Positions 12,298 through 15,018 of a DNA stretch of 15,018 nucleotides are shown piece after piece. Location of the stretch: IMG/VR virus record IMGVR_UViG_3300001525_000208, positions 1 through 15,018 of that record; one strand, written 5' to 3'. The first letter of the stretch is position 1, and each line of letters opens with the position of its first letter. This stretch comes from a virus (taxonomy: Duplodnaviria > Heunggongvirae > Uroviricota > Caudoviricetes). The notes below the pieces were generated by a model that saw nothing but the letters and a program-made list of their open reading frames with translations, ran no database searches and had not been told where the DNA came from. Made by a program: the position numbers and the translations under genes.

Positions 12298-12305
12298 AAA
12301 TAATG
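12295..12305 (+). promoter_or_regulatory. Stop-start junction TAA-AAATA-ATG, probable translational coupling, no Shine-Dalgarno
   Basis: TAA 12295-12297, ATG 12303-12305; A at -3; A-rich upstream sequence. Confidence 0.55.
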
Positions 12306-13355
12306 GCAGTTTGTATAAATAAAAATTCAGTAGATTTCCAGACCTTGAAAAATAGGTCTGGACTCTCTGAGTTTTTACTTGACGCTATATGTTCTGATTT
12401 TCAAGAAAAATTAGGCCGATGGCCCGAATTAGATGAATTACCTAATAGTAATTCAGAGCTTTATCTTAGAAAGTCTTTAAACATAAAAGAAAATAGCGGT
12501 TCAGTAGAAGACATTTTAAACGAAACTAATACATCCTCTATAGAGGATGCAAATATATAGATAAATAATACACATAAAGATTTAGAAGTAAATTTATTAC
12601 AGTTAGGTGATAGAGCTTTAGTAAATGTAAAACACAGACCCAGTATTTATAAACAGGATACTTCACAAAAACAAGTAATAGATGAAAATGTAAATTCTTC
12701 TGTTTTTATAAATAACACTGTCGAAAAATTAGCAAAACTATACGGTATTCAAATTCATAGTATAACTAATGCAGATTTAACATCTGATAAATGGAAAGGA
12801 GTTGTAGATGATGCTTTGACAACACAGGCTTTTATTTATAACGGAGATATTTATATTAATACAGATAATTCATCTATAGATGCTCCTTTGCATGAGATGA
12901 TGCATTTATTAATTGGATCTATAAAATTTACAAACCCTTCTCTTTATTCTAATTTAGTATCATTAGCTGAGAGTTTTGATAATTATCCAAGACTTATCAA
13001 AACTTTTAAAAATAGAACAAGGTCTGATATTAATGAAGAATTATTTGTTACTGAATTCTCAAGATATGTAACAGGTCAAGATTCAGTATTAAATAATTTA
13101 AATAAGAATGTATTATATGAAATATCTTATAATGTACATAGATTATTAGATTCGGTATTAATGGGAAGAAAAAGTACTATCTTACACGGAGAAGGTGTAT
13201 ATAATATGTCATTAAAATAGTTAGCAGAAGCAGTTAATTCATCTGCTATGAATAATACATTTAAAGGGAGCATAGATGATGCAGAAACACATAGATTACT
13301 ATCTAATAAAAAACAAGAATTGTTTGAAAAAGGGGAATTGAAAGAATATTGTTAA
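12303..13355 (+). CDS. Zincin-like (HExxH) metallopeptidase domain protein, 350 aa with TAG=Gln
   Basis: ATG at 12303 (MAVCINK...), 5 nt after the RNAP stop; preferred over the track's TTG at 12291, which overlaps the upstream gene. Frame 3, TAGs at 12558 and 13218, TAA at 13353-13355. Motif context AFIYNGDIYIN...APLHEMMHLLIG (HEMMH 12891-12905), with a downstream NEE (13032-13040) as the candidate third zinc ligand. Confidence 0.85.
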
Positions 13356-13359
13356 TATG
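13353..13359 (+). promoter_or_regulatory. Stop-start junction TAA-T-ATG, probable translational coupling
   Basis: TAA 13353-13355, ATG 13357-13359; A at -3. A GGGG run about 22 nt upstream is too distant to be a canonical SD. Confidence 0.55.
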
Positions 13360-15018
13360 AGTTGTGTTTATTTATATAAAGGTCATAAATTTAATTCAGA
13401 AGAAGCTTTAAATGATTTCTTAATAGAAAAATCTGAATTATATTCTAAATACGGAGATATTGTATTCGAAAGAAGTACTGTTCACAGTCATATATTAGAT
13501 ATTCTCGATAAAGCTGGTGCTGATTCCCAAGATTTAAGAGATAAATACAATAGTGCTAAAGAATCTTATCATGACGGTGAAACTTCCAAAGAATTAGAAT
13601 TACCTTTCATAGGTGTAAATAAATTCTTATCAGGTTTACGAAATGAAGAAAAGAAATTATTATTTCCTGAATTTGTTGAAGAAGAATACTGGTCTAGACG
13701 TAGGATAGATTGGAAATCTGCAAATTTTACAGATGATGAAAAAGAATTATTCTTTGATGATCCTAAAAATATTAAGCCTATAAAAGAATCAGAAGCAGAT
13801 CATTTTCAAAAAATGATGGAAGATAGATGGGAAAATCAAGCTATAATTGGTTCAGAATTGCACAAAATTTTGCAGATTTTCTTTAGTCCTATTAAAACAG
13901 GAGCAAATGCAGGTAAAATTATGGGAACGTTATCAGATAGTTTTTTATTAAATACTGTATTTCCTCGTAAATTAAATATGGATTTAGTAAATCCTAAAGC
14001 TATTACTGATACTTTGAGATTAGCTCGTGATTTACATTCCCAAATCATTAATAAATTTGGAAATGATTGCTCATTTCATCCTGAATTTACAATTACAGGT
14101 AAATCTGCTAAAGAAGTTGAAGGAAAAGGCGATACTTTATTAGGTATGATTGACTTACTCGTCATAGATAATAAAGGAAATGCACATATTATCGACTATA
14201 AAACCTCTCCTAAGTCTTTTGATAAATATTCTGAAGCGAAACAACTAGCATTTAGTTATCAAATTGCAGTTTATAATCGTATCCTTGAACAATACGGAAT
14301 TAAAACTGATGATTCAGAAATGTTAGTTGTGCCTATACAAATGGAAAATTTTAGAAAAGAAGGAGATAAATATGTATACGATGGGGTAAAACCTATTCAA
14401 GAAGGAAGTTTAAATAGTTTAGGATAGAAGATTGATTCTAGTTTATGGGTTTCTATTAAAAATAGAGTTGAACATAGTGTAGCAATTCAAAATAATCTAG
14501 ATGAATTCTTTCCTCCAAAATATTTAGATTCTCCAACTACAGAAAATTTGACACAAGATGTTCAAGAAGCTATGTCCGCATTCTTTACCGATTATTCTTC
14601 TAATAAATATAAATTTACTGATGAAGAAATTAAGAAAGAATTAGATGATGCTGGAGCTTTTACGGCTAACGAAAAAGGTTTATATATTCATACTATTGGA
14701 ACAAAAGAAATTGTTGCTAAAACTCCTGAAGAATTATTCAAAAAAGTAAAATCTAGAAAGGAAAAGATTGCTAATTATAGAATCAGAACTGCAAAAAATA
14801 TTGCATACAATTTAAAAAATGGCATTAAGAATGAAAATCCTAATATCGAATTACCTAAACTTGACGACAATCACCACGATGGAAATCCAAATTGGTTGAA
14901 TAATAAACTTGCTAAATATTGTAATAAAAATTGGAAGATAATTGAAAATGACGCTGCTTTAAATTATGGAATTATCATATTACAAAATGTATTTACAGGT
15001 CAATTAGATTTTATCAGG
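13357..15018 (+). CDS. Large phage protein, 3'-truncated (554 codons visible), with PD-(D/E)xK nuclease domain (RecB/AddB/Cas4-like)
   Basis: ATG at 13357 (MSCVYLYKG...), 1 nt after the previous TAA. Frame 1 is open to the window end with a single TAG at 14425. Motifs in canonical order: GSELHKIL (13849-), EFTI, GMIDLL (14143-14160), IIDYKTS (DYK 14194-14202), QIAVY (14260-14274). Confidence 0.87.
13849..14274 (+). other. PD-(D/E)xK nuclease core, RecB-family-like
   Basis: G-x-x-x-H helix, G-x-I-D, I-D-Y-K-T and Q-x-x-x-Y motifs are seen with the order and spacing typical of RecB/AddB/Cas4-like nucleases. No Cas4-type four-Cys cluster is evident. Confidence 0.82.

Larger units (their letters stand above)
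1..15018 (+). mobile_element. crAss-like (Crassvirales-type) bacteriophage genome segment, virion RNAP/cargo-protein block, TAG-recoded (code 15)
   Basis: Seen: four co-directional genes separated by only 2, 5 and 1 nt, 44 in-frame TAG codons, giant ORF with DYDID motif, no Shine-Dalgarno sequences. Established: crAss-like phages encode a giant single-chain virion RNAP next to other large virion proteins, and several gut lineages reassign TAG to Gln. Cannot tell free phage from prophage, or assign a family, from this window. Confidence 0.88.

Noticed and set aside
12291-12302. TTG start for gene 3 as given in the track
   Set aside because: It overlaps the RNAP stop. ATG 12303 follows the same TAA-short gap-ATG pattern as the other junctions and gives an MxxC N-terminus like its neighbours.
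13836-14048. Minus-strand 70-aa ORF
   Set aside because: Antisense to the nuclease domain; no independent support.
13849-14274. CRISPR-associated cas4 or a CRISPR locus
   Set aside because: No repeat-spacer array, no other cas genes and no four-Cys Fe-S motif; the domain is embedded in a much larger protein.
257-14427. The + strand track ORFs treated as separate small genes
   Set aside because: All end in TAG and continue in the same frame. They lack independent start context and join into four long genes under TAG read-through.
2-15018. Decayed prophage or pseudogenes with nonsense mutations
   Set aside because: All 44 interruptions are TAG, with no TAA/TGA and no frameshift, and the catalytic motifs are intact. 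Random decay in AT-rich DNA would give mostly TAA and indels.
1-15018. tRNA (including suppressor tRNA), rRNA, promoters, terminators, introns
   Set aside because: No intergenic space and no GC-rich hairpins or cloverleaf seen. Continuous frames leave no room for a group I/II intron with its own stops. A suppressor tRNA, if present, lies outside the window.

Overview
AT-rich (roughly 25-30% GC by eye), almost entirely coding window from a crAss-like (Crassvirales-type) phage that appears to use a recoded genetic code (TAG read as sense, most likely Gln; translation table 15). The + strand fragments in the supplied ORF track are pieces of four abutting genes, each a single frame interrupted only by TAG. 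I read 44 in-frame TAG and found no internal TAA/TGA and no frameshift. The three gene ends visible are all TAA, followed within 1-5 nt by the next ATG. Genes: (1) <2..2725, C-terminal 907 aa of a large protein of unknown function; (2) 2728..12297, a 3189-aa single-chain two-barrel RNA polymerase (RIPAQ...GSDYDID catalytic signature); (3) 12303..13355, a 350-aa zincin-like metallopeptidase (HEMMH...NEE); (4) 13357..>15018, a large protein with a PD-(D/E)xK (RecB/Cas4-like) nuclease domain near its N-terminus. This fits the virion cargo/ejected-protein block of a Bacteroidota phage. The most unusual unexplained pattern is a cysteine at or near each protein end on both sides of all three gene junctions. 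Family assignments come from motif recognition only; no database search was possible.
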